From a virus (lineage: Duplodnaviria; Caudoviricetes), in IMG/VR virus record IMGVR_UViG_3300044730_000647, positions 1,079 through 65,078 of that record: a DNA stretch of 64,000 nt. The stretch is one strand, 5' to 3'. The position numbers and the translations under genes were made by a program. The notes under the pieces were generated by a model. That model was not told the DNA's origin. It made no database searches and saw nothing but the letters and a program-made list of their open reading frames with translations. This document shows positions 39,901-48,578 of this stretch, in pieces (within the stretch, counting starts at the first letter, position 1; each line of letters begins with the position of its first letter).

Positions 39901-40255
39901 AGAAACAAACAAAATGTATTTTGTTTTAGTCGGAGACAATAGAATATCTAGGTATATAGATGTAGACTCTATCACTAAAGATTCAGACGATGCATTTGTA
40001 AAGTACTTGTATGCAAAGTCATACCCTATTGACGAAAACCAAAGGTTTGTGATAAGCTATACTCCATATAAAACAAAAGCTGGCAAGACCATGGCACACC
40101 TTGTAATGTCAGATAAAGATAAAAATTTAAATAGAGCAATTGTATTTTCAAGTATGTATCCGATTTCGTTGGCAAAAATGCGAGAGGGAATGATATGCGA
40201 GCCAGTTCTAAAAACTTTAGAAGATGGAACACTTATGGTTAAGGAAGTAAAATGA
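36986..40255 (+). CDS. dnaE: DNA polymerase III alpha subunit (DnaE)
   Basis: PHP motifs HLHVHSFYSLMDG and AITDHG; GPGRGSAAGSLV; PDIDTD; HAAGVV; KLDALGL; GYSFNRSHA. Confidence 0.97.
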   Translation: MNFTHLHVHSFYSLMDGLNSPAELVKAAKEAGQTSLAITDHGTLSSHREMQIACKEQGIKPILGVEAYISPTDRFDRSSKTDKSIQAYNHIILLAKNKKGLENINTLQELAWTEGFYHKPRIDREVLKEYAEGIIVLSGCLNGLISKAIERQEFSEAKLVLQDFKKTFGEDFYVEVQSHNPTEINSKLLELADQLKIKAVATGDAHFAKEEDRVLEEAMLILSTSPKSDKDADFEMSRQMPDMMDRFNYLYPDRRISFQDYNLFIQSRSEIEADFNKAGITRTDIYDNTMEIANKIGEYDFYEGLDLLPIPKTNADKKLADMALEGLKRLSLDKDQVYLDRIAEELSIIKDKAFASYFLVVADMITWAKSNNIMVGPGRGSAAGSLVCYALGITDVDPIKYDLLFFRFINPERNDFPDIDTDFEDRRRKEVKDYLKKKFKHVASISTFTYFKDKGVIRDAARVFMVPLSDVNRAMKSIDTFEDFMDSPNTKEFRAKYPEVTWLAERLRGKIRSVGVHAAGVVVAKDDLRKYAPIESRADANDDVSGRIPVVAYDMDTVADIGLIKLDALGLKTLSVISDTLKSVKDRHGKEINLYSIPLDDQKVYKMFNDGYTKGVFQAEATPYTNLLIKMQVDKFEDLAASNALVRPGAMNTVGASYIKRKHGNEAVNYIHPIMKPFTENTYGVIIYQEQVMQACVHLGGMTWSEADKVRKVIGKKQDAKELGPFKDKFIQGAKKHISADEAESLWKTFEAHAGYSFNRSHAVAYSMLSYYTAWLKCYYPLEFLFSILKNEGDKDARTGYLIEAKRLGIKVKLPHVNESDVNFSLQKDSIRFGLAEVKFISDSIANKIIEKRPYENYKDFVDKASKKGSGINSRAINSLNAIGGAAFDDNPRSGKEGESYYEFLGIPSFNLSNLEPRVKAQARPIDEFEELGSFVMFGMAKSIKRGNGWSRIELVDESGSVGLFDIEQTKIETNKMYFVLVGDNRISRYIDVDSITKDSDDAFVKYLYAKSYPIDENQRFVISYTPYKTKAGKTMAHLVMSDKDKNLNRAIVFSSMYPISLAKMREGMICEPVLKTLEDGTLMVKEVK

Positions 40256-40476
40256 CATACAATGCAGAAGATGTATTTAAGACAATGAATGCCTCTAGAG
40301 TTTTAGTAGCTATATTAAGCAAGATGGGTTCTGTTGAGGTATCAACTGAAGATTTTATGAAGAGTACTAATGATGACATGCAGCTTTCAGTTACATACAA
40401 TGATCAGTCACTATCTTTTGAGTTTAAGCTAGAGCCACTAGGATTTAAATCTGATTATGAATTGGCTAACGATTAA
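40252..40476 (+). CDS. Hypothetical protein
   Basis: 74 aa, coupled to dnaE. Confidence 0.6.
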   Translation: MTYNAEDVFKTMNASRVLVAILSKMGSVEVSTEDFMKSTNDDMQLSVTYNDQSLSFEFKLEPLGFKSDYELAND

Positions 40477-40480
40477 TTAA

Positions 40481-41485
40481 ATGGACATTAACCTAGATGA
40501 TATTCTGGCAAAGCTGGACCCTAAAACTAGAGCAAGGGTTCAGTCTGCAGTCGATATTCAAATCGAAAAGCAGCCAACGCCAAGCATAGGTTTAAACTTT
40601 GCCTTGAATGGCGGATTTGCTTATGGACGACAGATATTGGTTTGGGGAAATAAGTCAGCAGGAAAATCTTCATTTTGTTTGCAAATGATAGCACTTGCAC
40701 AAAAAGAAGGAAAGACTTGTGCTTGGATTGATGCTGAGCATTCTTATGATCCAGAGTGGGCAGAAAAACTAGGAGTTAATTCAAAAGAACTAATTTATTC
40801 TCCAGCTAAAACTGTTAATGACATGGTAGATGTTGCAACAAAGCTTATGGAGGCAGGAGTTGATTTAATAGTAGTTGATTCTATTTCAGCATTGCTACCA
40901 GCAATCTACTTTGAAAAAGATGGAAATGAAATGAAAGATTTGCAAGACACTAAGCAAATCGGCGCAGAAGCAAAGGATATGACTCACGCAGTCAAGATGT
41001 TAAATTATGCAAACAAAAACACACTACTTGTTCTCATCTCGCAACAGCGAAATCAATTTGGATCTATGCATGCTAGTCACATCCCAACAGGTGGCATGGC
41101 AGTCAAGTTCTTTTCTTCCACGGTCATCAAGCTATGGTCTTCAGAAGCTGAGGCTAATGCTATTAAAGCTGGTATTAAAGTTGGCGACAAAATTATTGAA
41201 CAAAGAGTTGGGCGACCAGTTAATTGGATTGTTGATTACAACAAAGTTGGCCCCCCAAATTTATCAGGACAGTATGACTTTTACTACCAAGGGCAAGCTC
41301 TTGGTATAGATTATGTTGGAGAGACATTAGATGTTGCAGAAATGTGTGGCATTATTGAAAAGGGTGGCGCATGGTATACAGTAAATGGAGAACGTTTTCA
41401 AGGACGTGCAAAGGCTGTAGCGTATTTAAAGGAAAATCCAGATGTTGTAGACAGCTTAATAGGAGAAATAAATGCCAAGCATTAA
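40481..41485 (+). CDS. recA: RecA/UvsX-like recombinase
   Basis: GNKSAGKS Walker A, CAWIDAEH, IVVDSISAL, TGGMAVKFFSS, IEKGGAWY...FQG. Confidence 0.95.
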   Translation: MDINLDDILAKLDPKTRARVQSAVDIQIEKQPTPSIGLNFALNGGFAYGRQILVWGNKSAGKSSFCLQMIALAQKEGKTCAWIDAEHSYDPEWAEKLGVNSKELIYSPAKTVNDMVDVATKLMEAGVDLIVVDSISALLPAIYFEKDGNEMKDLQDTKQIGAEAKDMTHAVKMLNYANKNTLLVLISQQRNQFGSMHASHIPTGGMAVKFFSSTVIKLWSSEAEANAIKAGIKVGDKIIEQRVGRPVNWIVDYNKVGPPNLSGQYDFYYQGQALGIDYVGETLDVAEMCGIIEKGGAWYTVNGERFQGRAKAVAYLKENPDVVDSLIGEINAKH

Positions 41486-41663
41486 TGAGTTTTTTGGTTC
41501 AAAGACTGAAGAGCCTGTAGATAGCAGAGTTGAAAAGATAGAGCAACAAAGACCATGCAGTAAATGTGAATTGTATGCTCCATATTATAACTTTAACCAG
41601 GCTACTTTAGAGATGTACTGGAAATGCCCATCTGGTCATGAGACAAAGCACAAGCTTAACTGA
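41472..41663 (+). CDS. Small zinc-binding protein
   Basis: CSKC...WKCPSGH. Confidence 0.6.
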   Translation: MPSINEFFGSKTEEPVDSRVEKIEQQRPCSKCELYAPYYNFNQATLEMYWKCPSGHETKHKLN

Positions 41664-41971
41664 TGTCAGAAAGAGCAGAAGTAAAAAGAGATGGCGCCAA
41701 GGCACAAAAGAATAGTGGCCGTGGAGAATATCAAAAAGGTGATGCTAAGTGGAAAAATTTTGTAGTAGACTACAAAGAATCCAAAGCTTCATTTAATTTA
41801 AATAAAGATGTATGGGCTAAAATCTGTACGGATACTTTTAAGGTTAGCAGGGACATGCATCCAGCCCTTAAAATTATTATTGGTGGGGATTCCAAGGTCC
41901 GTCTTGGAATCATAGAGTGGTCAGTACTAGAAGAGCTGATCACATTTTGGGAGGAAAATAAAAATGGCTAA
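41663..41971 (+). CDS. PD-(D/E)xK nuclease / Holliday junction resolvase-like
   Basis: SE...NSGRG...KGDA...VDYKE pattern. Confidence 0.65.
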   Translation: MSERAEVKRDGAKAQKNSGRGEYQKGDAKWKNFVVDYKESKASFNLNKDVWAKICTDTFKVSRDMHPALKIIIGGDSKVRLGIIEWSVLEELITFWEENKNG

Positions 41972-42356
41972 TCCGATTATTACAATCGTTGGACGAGTTG
42001 GTAGTGAACCAGAGTCTGTTGGGTCAAATGGCCTTAGATTCAGAGTTGCAACCAATGATCGTGTCAAGAATGATTCTACTGGTGAATGGGAAGACAAGAA
42101 TACTTCATGGTGGACAGTCAAGGCTTGGCGCACACTTGCAGATCAATCAAAGTCTGTGATTAAAAAGGGCATGGAAGTTATTATCGTTGGAAAGATTTAT
42201 GAAGAAAACTGGACAGATAAGGATGGCGTTAAGAGAAGCTCATATGAAATTAACGCAGACTCAATCTCAGTAACAGCATACACGTTGTCTAAGGACAAGT
42301 CTCCAAGTAATAACGACTTTCCTTCATATAAGACATATGCTGAGGTTCCATTCTAA
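41964..42356 (+). CDS. ssb: Bacterial-type single-stranded DNA-binding protein
   Basis: ITIVGRVGSEPE, FRVATNDR, WWTVKAW..LA, KKGMEVIIVGK, C-terminal EVPF. Confidence 0.92.
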   Translation: MANPIITIVGRVGSEPESVGSNGLRFRVATNDRVKNDSTGEWEDKNTSWWTVKAWRTLADQSKSVIKKGMEVIIVGKIYEENWTDKDGVKRSSYEINADSISVTAYTLSKDKSPSNNDFPSYKTYAEVPF

Positions 42357-42460
42357 TGCTATACTTTGTTTATGGAACCCTGTTTGGCTTTGTTGTTGGA
42401 TATGGAGTCGGTCTATTAATGGATAAGTGGGATAAAAAGATTAAAAATGACAGAGGATAA
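42356..42460 (+). CDS. 34-aa single-pass membrane microprotein (not in ORF track)
   Basis: MLYFVYGTLFGFVVGYGVGLLMDKWDKKIKNDRG*; start overlaps the ssb stop. Confidence 0.55.
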   Translation: MLYFVYGTLFGFVVGYGVGLLMDKWDKKIKNDRG

Positions 42461-42785
42461 GAATACATTAGAGTTAATTAATTCTATAACAGAGTTCAAT
42501 GATCTACATGAGTATATGAACGATGCTCAATTAGACAGAGCACTAGCTGTTATAGTAAAGCTTTTATTAAATCCAGATGTACCTGCTGCAAAAGCTCCTC
42601 AACTTATTATTGAGCTTCAAGCTATGTCAACTAAGTTTGCTATGATGGCATCTTACTATTCAACAATAGCAAAAGATAAAGCGGGAACAATGAACAATAA
42701 TAAGAAAAATATATATTATTCAGCAAAGGAGTCCATAGACAAACTTGTAGATGCACTTAAGTATGTCGTTAGGTATAATTTGTAA
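42447..42785 (+). CDS. Hypothetical helical protein
   Basis: 112 aa within the recombination cluster. Confidence 0.6.
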   Translation: MTEDKNTLELINSITEFNDLHEYMNDAQLDRALAVIVKLLLNPDVPAAKAPQLIIELQAMSTKFAMMASYYSTIAKDKAGTMNNNKKNIYYSAKESIDKLVDALKYVVRYNL

Positions 42786-43573
42786 TGGGTAGAAACATAG
42801 TTAAAAATTTAAAGTTTAAAAAGCATACTGGTAAGTTCTTTGATCCAGAGCTTTTTGCATCAATGCTTGATGAGTCATATAAGAATACTAAAAGGGAAGA
42901 TGGAGAAATGACTAAGAAGTCTTTTAGTCCAAGCTCTTTGGGTTATGGTCATGGAACATGCCCAAGGTATTGGTATATGGCTTTTTCTGGCGCAGTCTTT
43001 ATTGACAATAATGATGCTGTTGCAGTCGCTAACATGGCTCAGGGTACCCAGGCCCACGAGAGACTTCAGAACTTAATTAAAACTATGCCTCAATGGGTTG
43101 CAGAAGAAGAAGAGATTATAAATGAGTATCCACCAATTCGCGGCTTTATTGACCTTATTATGGAATATGATAATGAAACCGTAATTGGAGAAATTAAAAC
43201 TGCAAAGCAAGAGGTCTGGGATACAAGGCAAGCAGAGATGAGCCCATCACCAAACCATTTGCTTCAGCTTTTAACATACATGAAACTTAAGGATGCCAAA
43301 GAAGGATTCTTTCTTTATGAGAATAAGAATACTCAAGAGATCCTAATTATTCCAGTGTCAATGAACGACAGGAATAAAAAGATTATCGAAGATACATTCT
43401 TGTGGATGAGGGAAGTCTGGGATAACTTTAAAGAAGGTGACCTACCAATGAAGCCAGAGGGCGCAACAAAAACAAAGATGCCTTGCACGTATTGCCCAAT
43501 TAAAAAAGAGTGTTATTCAAAAGACACACCAGTTGGAACGGTACAGATAGAAAGATTTAAGGTGCCTTCGTAA
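42785..43573 (+). CDS. Cas4-like PD-(D/E)xK exonuclease
   Basis: SPSS...CPR, GTQAHERLQ, RGFID...EIKT, QLLTY, CTYCPIKKEC (Fe-S-type Cys set). Confidence 0.85.
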   Translation: MGRNIVKNLKFKKHTGKFFDPELFASMLDESYKNTKREDGEMTKKSFSPSSLGYGHGTCPRYWYMAFSGAVFIDNNDAVAVANMAQGTQAHERLQNLIKTMPQWVAEEEEIINEYPPIRGFIDLIMEYDNETVIGEIKTAKQEVWDTRQAEMSPSPNHLLQLLTYMKLKDAKEGFFLYENKNTQEILIIPVSMNDRNKKIIEDTFLWMREVWDNFKEGDLPMKPEGATKTKMPCTYCPIKKECYSKDTPVGTVQIERFKVPS

Positions 43574-43866
43574 TGATATGCGCTAATTCAGATTGCACAA
43601 ATGAAAAAGAGTTTACCCCAAAAACACATAATCAAAAATATTGTTCAGATGATTGCTGCAGAATAGCAACAAATAAAAAGATTATGGAGAAATACTATGA
43701 GAAAAAAGCAATTAGATCTGGGCAAAAAAGACTATGCAAGTCATGCAGCTCAAGATTGAGTAGGTATAACAGCTTAGACATATGCTCTAGATGTGAAAAA
43801 AATAACTCTGAGTCTGATAGGAGTAAAATATTAAGGATGATACGTGACTCTGGCGAAATTATCTAG
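43573..43866 (+). CDS. Zinc-binding hypothetical protein
   Basis: Multiple Cys pairs, KYCSDDC. Confidence 0.65.
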   Translation: MICANSDCTNEKEFTPKTHNQKYCSDDCCRIATNKKIMEKYYEKKAIRSGQKRLCKSCSSRLSRYNSLDICSRCEKNNSESDRSKILRMIRDSGEII

Positions 43867-44410
43867 GACAAAAGCAAGCAGAGTCCTTGGAATAGATGCA
43901 TCAACATCATCTGTTGCCTTTTGTTTAATCGAAGGTAGCACACCAATTAAATGGGGTAAGATTAATTTAGTTGGAAATGATATATACGAAAAGATTTATA
44001 ATGCTAAAAGTAGAGTTGCTATGATGCTAGATGAGCTAAAAAGCGATTACATTGCAGTAGAAGGAGCTATACTTGTCAGATCACCAGATGCTGTGATAAA
44101 ATTATCATATGTTTATGGTGTTGTCATTGCTGAGCTTATGTCTACGGGTGCTTCAGTTATTACTATATCTCCTAGCTCTTGGCAATCGTATATTGGGAAC
44201 AAGAACCCTACTAAAGAAGAGAAGGCGGCAATACGTTTAGCCAATCCAGGTTACGCAGACTCGTGGTACAAAAACCAGTTACGAAATATGCGTAAGCAAA
44301 GAACGGCAGATTACTTTAATAAAAAGCATGGTTTATCGATAGAAGATTTTGATGTAGCTGATGCATTCGGCATCGCTTATTATGCTAGAGAGGTTCTCAC
44401 AAATAAATGA
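43844..44410 (+). CDS. ruvC: RuvC-like Holliday junction resolvase
   Basis: VLGIDAS, IAVEG, DVADAFGIA. Confidence 0.85.
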   Translation: MTLAKLSRTKASRVLGIDASTSSVAFCLIEGSTPIKWGKINLVGNDIYEKIYNAKSRVAMMLDELKSDYIAVEGAILVRSPDAVIKLSYVYGVVIAELMSTGASVITISPSSWQSYIGNKNPTKEEKAAIRLANPGYADSWYKNQLRNMRKQRTADYFNKKHGLSIEDFDVADAFGIAYYAREVLTNK

Positions 44411-44997
44411 CACAAGTATGGAACGATAGAAGTGCACAGGAAGAGTTTGTTTTAGAGCTTCTAGATAATAAAAAAGAAGGATACTATGTTGAGCTAGGAG
44501 CATTTCATTCAAAAAATGGAAGCAATACCAATAGGCTAGAAAATGAGTTTGATTGGAAGGGTGTGTCTTTTGAAATTAAAGAAGAACTAAGAGCAGAGTT
44601 TAATGAGAACAGATCTAACCCATGTATGGGAGATGCTCTAGATTTCAACTATATATCCTACTTTGAAGAAAACTCATTTCCTAAACAAATAGATTATCTT
44701 CAGGTAGACATTGATGCTGGTTACAATCTAAACGGAAGGCCAGATGGAAATGCCTACACAAGTTTGCATGGACTAATAGCAGTACCATTAAATTCATACA
44801 GGTTTACTGTTATTACATTTGAGCATGATGCAAACATGTACTGGCGTAATGTTGCTATGAGAGATGTTCAGAGAGAGATACTAGACTCACTTGGGTATTC
44901 AATTGTTGCTAGAACTGAATCAGAAGACTGGTGGGTTGATCCAACTGTCATTGATTTAGAATCTTACAGAAAACATTTTAGATGGGATCATCTGTGA
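44407..44997 (+). CDS. FkbM-like SAM-dependent methyltransferase
   Basis: GYYVELGA...SNT..LE...WKG, IDYLQVDID, VITFEHD, EDWWVDP. Confidence 0.75.
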   Translation: MTQVWNDRSAQEEFVLELLDNKKEGYYVELGAFHSKNGSNTNRLENEFDWKGVSFEIKEELRAEFNENRSNPCMGDALDFNYISYFEENSFPKQIDYLQVDIDAGYNLNGRPDGNAYTSLHGLIAVPLNSYRFTVITFEHDANMYWRNVAMRDVQREILDSLGYSIVARTESEDWWVDPTVIDLESYRKHFRWDHL

Positions 44998-44999
44998 AA

Positions 45000-45134
45000 A
45001 TGTATAAAAATAAAGATTGGCTACATAGGAGATACGTTGTTCAAAGGAAAAGTATGGAAGAAATTGCACAGGAATGTGGCGTAACAGTTATGACCATATA
45101 TAGAGCATTAAAAGAAAAGGGTTTAATTAAATGA
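45000..45134 (+). CDS. 44-aa HTH microprotein (not in ORF track)
   Basis: MYKNKDWLHRRYVVQRKSMEEIAQECGVTVMTIYRALKEKGLIK*. Confidence 0.7.
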   Translation: MYKNKDWLHRRYVVQRKSMEEIAQECGVTVMTIYRALKEKGLIK

Positions 45135-45472
45135 CACCTTCACCAGTTTTTGAGGATTCAAAAGTATTTAAATACGATGACCTTTATTTGCTTACAGTAG
45201 GGACAGAAGCTGGTAAAGAAATTCTATCAACATGCCTTGATATTGCTCATATGCTTATAAAGAAAAATATTTCATATGGAAATTCAGCCCTAGATCCAGT
45301 TCGTATATTTTCCAAGGCAGGTCCAAGAGAGCAGCTATACGTCAGAATTGATGATAAATTAAATAGATTAATTAAGGGAGAAGAATATCCAGGGGATAAT
45401 GATATTGATGACCTTATTGGATATTTAATATTACTCAAAGTTGCTAAGGAATTTGCTATTTCAGTCGACTAG
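45131..45472 (+). CDS. DUF1599 / nucleotide-modification-associated domain protein
   Basis: KKNISYGNS...RIDDKLNR...DDLIGY. Confidence 0.7.
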   Translation: MTPSPVFEDSKVFKYDDLYLLTVGTEAGKEILSTCLDIAHMLIKKNISYGNSALDPVRIFSKAGPREQLYVRIDDKLNRLIKGEEYPGDNDIDDLIGYLILLKVAKEFAISVD

Positions 45473-45489
45473 AAGTATAATGTATTTAT

Positions 45490-46026
45490 ATGGAAATTGA
45501 ACTAGCTGATCATTTTGATCGTATGAATAAAGTAGTTGAAGAACTACTTAGGGGCAACAGCCCTACACAGATTGCTACCCTTACTGGTCTTAAGAGGGCA
45601 GAAGTCATTGAGCTAATAGATGAGTGGAAGAGTGTTGTCCACAACGATACATCAGCCCGTGAACGTGCTAAGGAGGCTATCTCTGGAGCTGACCAACACT
45701 ATGCAATGCTGATAAAAGAAGCATGGAAAACAGTTGAAGACGCTGATCAAGCAGGTCAGCTTAGTGTTAAATCTGGTGCACTTAAGCTAATCGCTGACAT
45801 TGAGGGCAAAAGAATTGGAATGTTACAAGAAGTCGGTTTGCTTGACAACGCAGAGATGGCAGGACAGATAGCTGAGGCGGAAAGAAAACAAGAAGTTCTA
45901 GTTAAGATTCTAAAAGAAGTTACTGCAACATGTCCTAAGTGTAAGATGGAAGTGGCTAAACGTTTATCACAAATTACTGGAATTGTTGAGCCGATAGAGA
46001 TTATTGAGGAAGTCAGTGGAATTTAA
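45490..46026 (+). CDS. Terminase small subunit, putative
   Basis: N-terminal HTH, directly upstream of and overlapping TerL; TATAAT at 45476-81. Confidence 0.65.
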   Translation: MEIELADHFDRMNKVVEELLRGNSPTQIATLTGLKRAEVIELIDEWKSVVHNDTSARERAKEAISGADQHYAMLIKEAWKTVEDADQAGQLSVKSGALKLIADIEGKRIGMLQEVGLLDNAEMAGQIAEAERKQEVLVKILKEVTATCPKCKMEVAKRLSQITGIVEPIEIIEEVSGI

Positions 46027-47806
46027 TTTTGATGACCTCATTGATATACTTGATGGAGAAGAGTTTGAAGAAAGACCTGTCGATCTAAGAACATTTGTAA
46101 CAGACAAAAATTATTTAGGTCTTCCTGAGTTGTCAGAAAATCAGTATACTTTAATTGAAAAATCTTCTCAGATTTATAAAGAGTCAACTCTAATTAAACT
46201 TTTTGGTGAAAAGGAAGGTTCTTTAAGATATAAACAGACATGCAATGAAGTTGTAGCTCAATTAGGTAAGGGTAGTGGAAAAGATTATTGCTCTACCATA
46301 TCTGTTGCTTATATTGTTTATCTTCTACTATGCCTTAAAGATCCAGCATCCTATTATGGTAAGCCACCAGGTGATTCAATTGATATTATCAATATTGCTA
46401 TAAATGCCCAGCAAGCAAACAATGTATTCTTTAAAGGATTCAAGAATAGGGTAACACACTCACCCTGGTTTGTAGGTAAGTATTTTGAAAAAGCTTCAGA
46501 GATAAAGTTTGATAAGAATGTTACAGTTTACTCTGGACACTCAGAAAGAGAAGCTTTTGAAGGCTATAACGTTCTTGTCGCAGTGCTTGATGAAATTTCT
46601 GGTTTTGCTTTAGACAGTACAAGCGGACATGATCAGGCAAAAACAGCAAGTGGCATCTATGATATGTATAGGGCATCTGTAGATTCTCGTTTCCCAGATT
46701 ACGGCAAAGTAATTCTTCTTTCATTTCCACGTTTTAAGAATGACTATATTCAGCAAAGATATGACGAAATTATTTCAGAAAAAGAAGTTATATCAAGATC
46801 ACATAGATTTAAACTAGATCCAGACCTTCCAGAAAATACAGTAGGTAATGAGTTTGATATATTTTGGGATGAAGATCAAATTATTTCTTACAAGTATCCA
46901 AGAGTCTACGCAATACGTAGGCCCACCTGGGAAGTTAATCCAACAAGAAGTATAGAAGATTTTAAAATTGCATTCTACAGAGACGTAACAGATGCTCTGG
47001 GAAGATTTGCATGTATGCCACCAGAAGCAATTGATGCTTTCTTTAAATCTCGTGAGAAGATTGAGATGGCATTTAAAGATCTATCTATAGCAGTTGATGG
47101 CTTTGGAAGATTTGAAGATTGGTTCTTGCCAGAAGAAGATAAAGATTACTACATACACGTTGACTTAGCTCAAAAACATGACCATTGTGCTGTATCTATG
47201 GCCCACATTGAAAAGTTTGTTAGTGTAAAAGTTACTGATACTTACTCTCAGCCAGCACCAATTGTTAAGGTGGATGCTGTTATGTACTGGACACCTACTT
47301 CAGACAAGTCAGTGGATTTTGCTGAAGTAAGAGATTATATTCTGTCTCTTAGATCCAGGGGATTTAATATTAAGATATGCACATTTGATAGATGGAACTC
47401 TCACGACATGATGCAGCAGCTCAAGCAGTATGGAATAAATACTCAAACTTTATCTGTTGCAAAAAAACATTACGATGACATGGCTATGGTAGTTTTAGAA
47501 GAAAGATTAAATGGACCTCATATACCATTGCTTGTAGATGAATTATTAGAGTTAAGAATTATGCGTGATAAAGTTGACCACCCAAGAAAAGGCTCTAAAG
47601 ACTTAGCCGATGCTGTTTGTGGTTCAATATATAATGCGATTAGTTTAACAAGAGAAGCTTTTGGAGACATTGAGGTTCATGACTATGCTTCTGTAAAAAA
47701 ACAATATAGAGAAAGTTTAACACAAGAAAGCCCGAATTTAATTAAGGCACCTTCAGCAATGCCTAGGGATCTTTCTGATGCATTAAGTGGAATGGAAATA
47801 CTATGA
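46016..47806 (+). CDS. terL: Terminase large subunit
   Basis: GKGSGKD Walker A, AVLDE Walker B, nuclease motifs IHVDLA, FDRWNS and KVDHPRKGSKDLADA; GTG 46016 is the likely start. Confidence 0.92.
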   Translation: MEFNFDDLIDILDGEEFEERPVDLRTFVTDKNYLGLPELSENQYTLIEKSSQIYKESTLIKLFGEKEGSLRYKQTCNEVVAQLGKGSGKDYCSTISVAYIVYLLLCLKDPASYYGKPPGDSIDIINIAINAQQANNVFFKGFKNRVTHSPWFVGKYFEKASEIKFDKNVTVYSGHSEREAFEGYNVLVAVLDEISGFALDSTSGHDQAKTASGIYDMYRASVDSRFPDYGKVILLSFPRFKNDYIQQRYDEIISEKEVISRSHRFKLDPDLPENTVGNEFDIFWDEDQIISYKYPRVYAIRRPTWEVNPTRSIEDFKIAFYRDVTDALGRFACMPPEAIDAFFKSREKIEMAFKDLSIAVDGFGRFEDWFLPEEDKDYYIHVDLAQKHDHCAVSMAHIEKFVSVKVTDTYSQPAPIVKVDAVMYWTPTSDKSVDFAEVRDYILSLRSRGFNIKICTFDRWNSHDMMQQLKQYGINTQTLSVAKKHYDDMAMVVLEERLNGPHIPLLVDELLELRIMRDKVDHPRKGSKDLADAVCGSIYNAISLTREAFGDIEVHDYASVKKQYRESLTQESPNLIKAPSAMPRDLSDALSGMEIL

Positions 47807-48042
47807 GTATATATCAAGAAAAAGCTAAAGAGTGCAAGTGCTGCAGCAAGCATGTTCCTTTGCCAACAAGACTAAAGGATTATGATGGCATACTTGTATG
47901 CCCAACAACATTTGACAACATTCATGAATATAAAAGAGTGTGGTCTGATATTGGCAAGAGACCGCCTGGCAGCATAAGAAAACATTTTTCAGAGTATGTT
48001 CAACAAATAGTAGAGCAGTCTATTGACAAAATCGGTAACTAA
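47803..48042 (+). CDS. Hypothetical protein
   Basis: 79 aa coupled to terL; CKCC...CPT. Confidence 0.55.
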   Translation: MSIYQEKAKECKCCSKHVPLPTRLKDYDGILVCPTTFDNIHEYKRVWSDIGKRPPGSIRKHFSEYVQQIVEQSIDKIGN

Positions 48043-48052
48043 ATAATATAAT
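48023..48052 (+). promoter_or_regulatory. SigA-type promoter TTGACA-N18-TATAAT upstream of tRNA
   Basis: Consensus -35 and -10 hexamers ending 8 nt before the tRNA. Confidence 0.75.
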
Positions 48053-48060
48053 TAGGCTAA

Positions 48061-48134
48061 GCAACAATAGCTTAGTTGGTTAAAGCCCCGAACTCATAAT
48101 TCGGTAATCGTAGGTTCAAGTCCTACTTGTTGCA
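48061..48134 (+). tRNA. tRNA with CAU anticodon (elongator Met or Ile2)
   Basis: Acceptor GCAACAA/TTGTTGC, D-arm GCTT/AAGC, anticodon arm CCGAA-CTCATAA-TTCGG, T-arm GTAGG-TTCAAGT-CCTAC; no initiator GGG/CCC; CCA not encoded. Confidence 0.9.
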
Positions 48135-48147
48135 CAGAAAGGTAGCA

Positions 48148-48486
48148 ATGTCAAAACCATTTGATGAAGAAGATGAAGAAGATCTAATGATTAAGATTCA
48201 GCATTATCTAGATATTGGTGCAATTAAAATTGTTGGATTCTCAAAAGACGGAGAAGCAATTTTTGAGTTAAATGAAAATGTAACTCCATTACTTGCACCA
48301 GATTTGTGGGAAGCTCATGAGCATTATGTAGAATCCGAACTAATAGATCTATTAAATAGTGATTTAATGCAGGTTGAGTATGATGAAAATCTTCGGGTAA
48401 CATATAACTTTACAGAAGAAGGATATAATATAGCAAAGCAAAAGGGAATAATTCCATTAGAGGCTATTGAAGATTTTGATTTTTAA
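48148..48486 (+). CDS. Hypothetical acidic protein
   Basis: ATG 48148 after GAAAGG, located between the two tRNAs. Confidence 0.65.
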   Translation: MSKPFDEEDEEDLMIKIQHYLDIGAIKIVGFSKDGEAIFELNENVTPLLAPDLWEAHEHYVESELIDLLNSDLMQVEYDENLRVTYNFTEEGYNIAKQKGIIPLEAIEDFDF

Positions 48487-48503
48487 TAGTATAATTTAAT
48501 TAT

Positions 48504-48578
48504 ACCTCTGTAGCTCAGAGGAAGAGCAACAGACTTCTAATCTGTTGGTCGCTGGTTCGATTCCAGCCAGGGGTACCA
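48504..48578 (+). tRNA. tRNA-Arg(UCU)
   Basis: Acceptor ACCTCTG/CAGGGGT, anticodon arm ACAGA-CTTCTAA-TCTGT, T-arm GCTGG-TTCGATT-CCAGC, encoded ACCA; TATAAT at 48490-95. Confidence 0.93.

Noticed and set aside
42785-43573. Cas4-like gene as evidence for a CRISPR-Cas locus
   Set aside because: No array or other cas genes; stand-alone Cas4-like exonucleases are common in phage recombination modules
36986-47806. Inteins or introns in DnaE, RecA or TerL
   Set aside because: Lengths and motif spacing are normal; no Hint motifs or frame breaks seen
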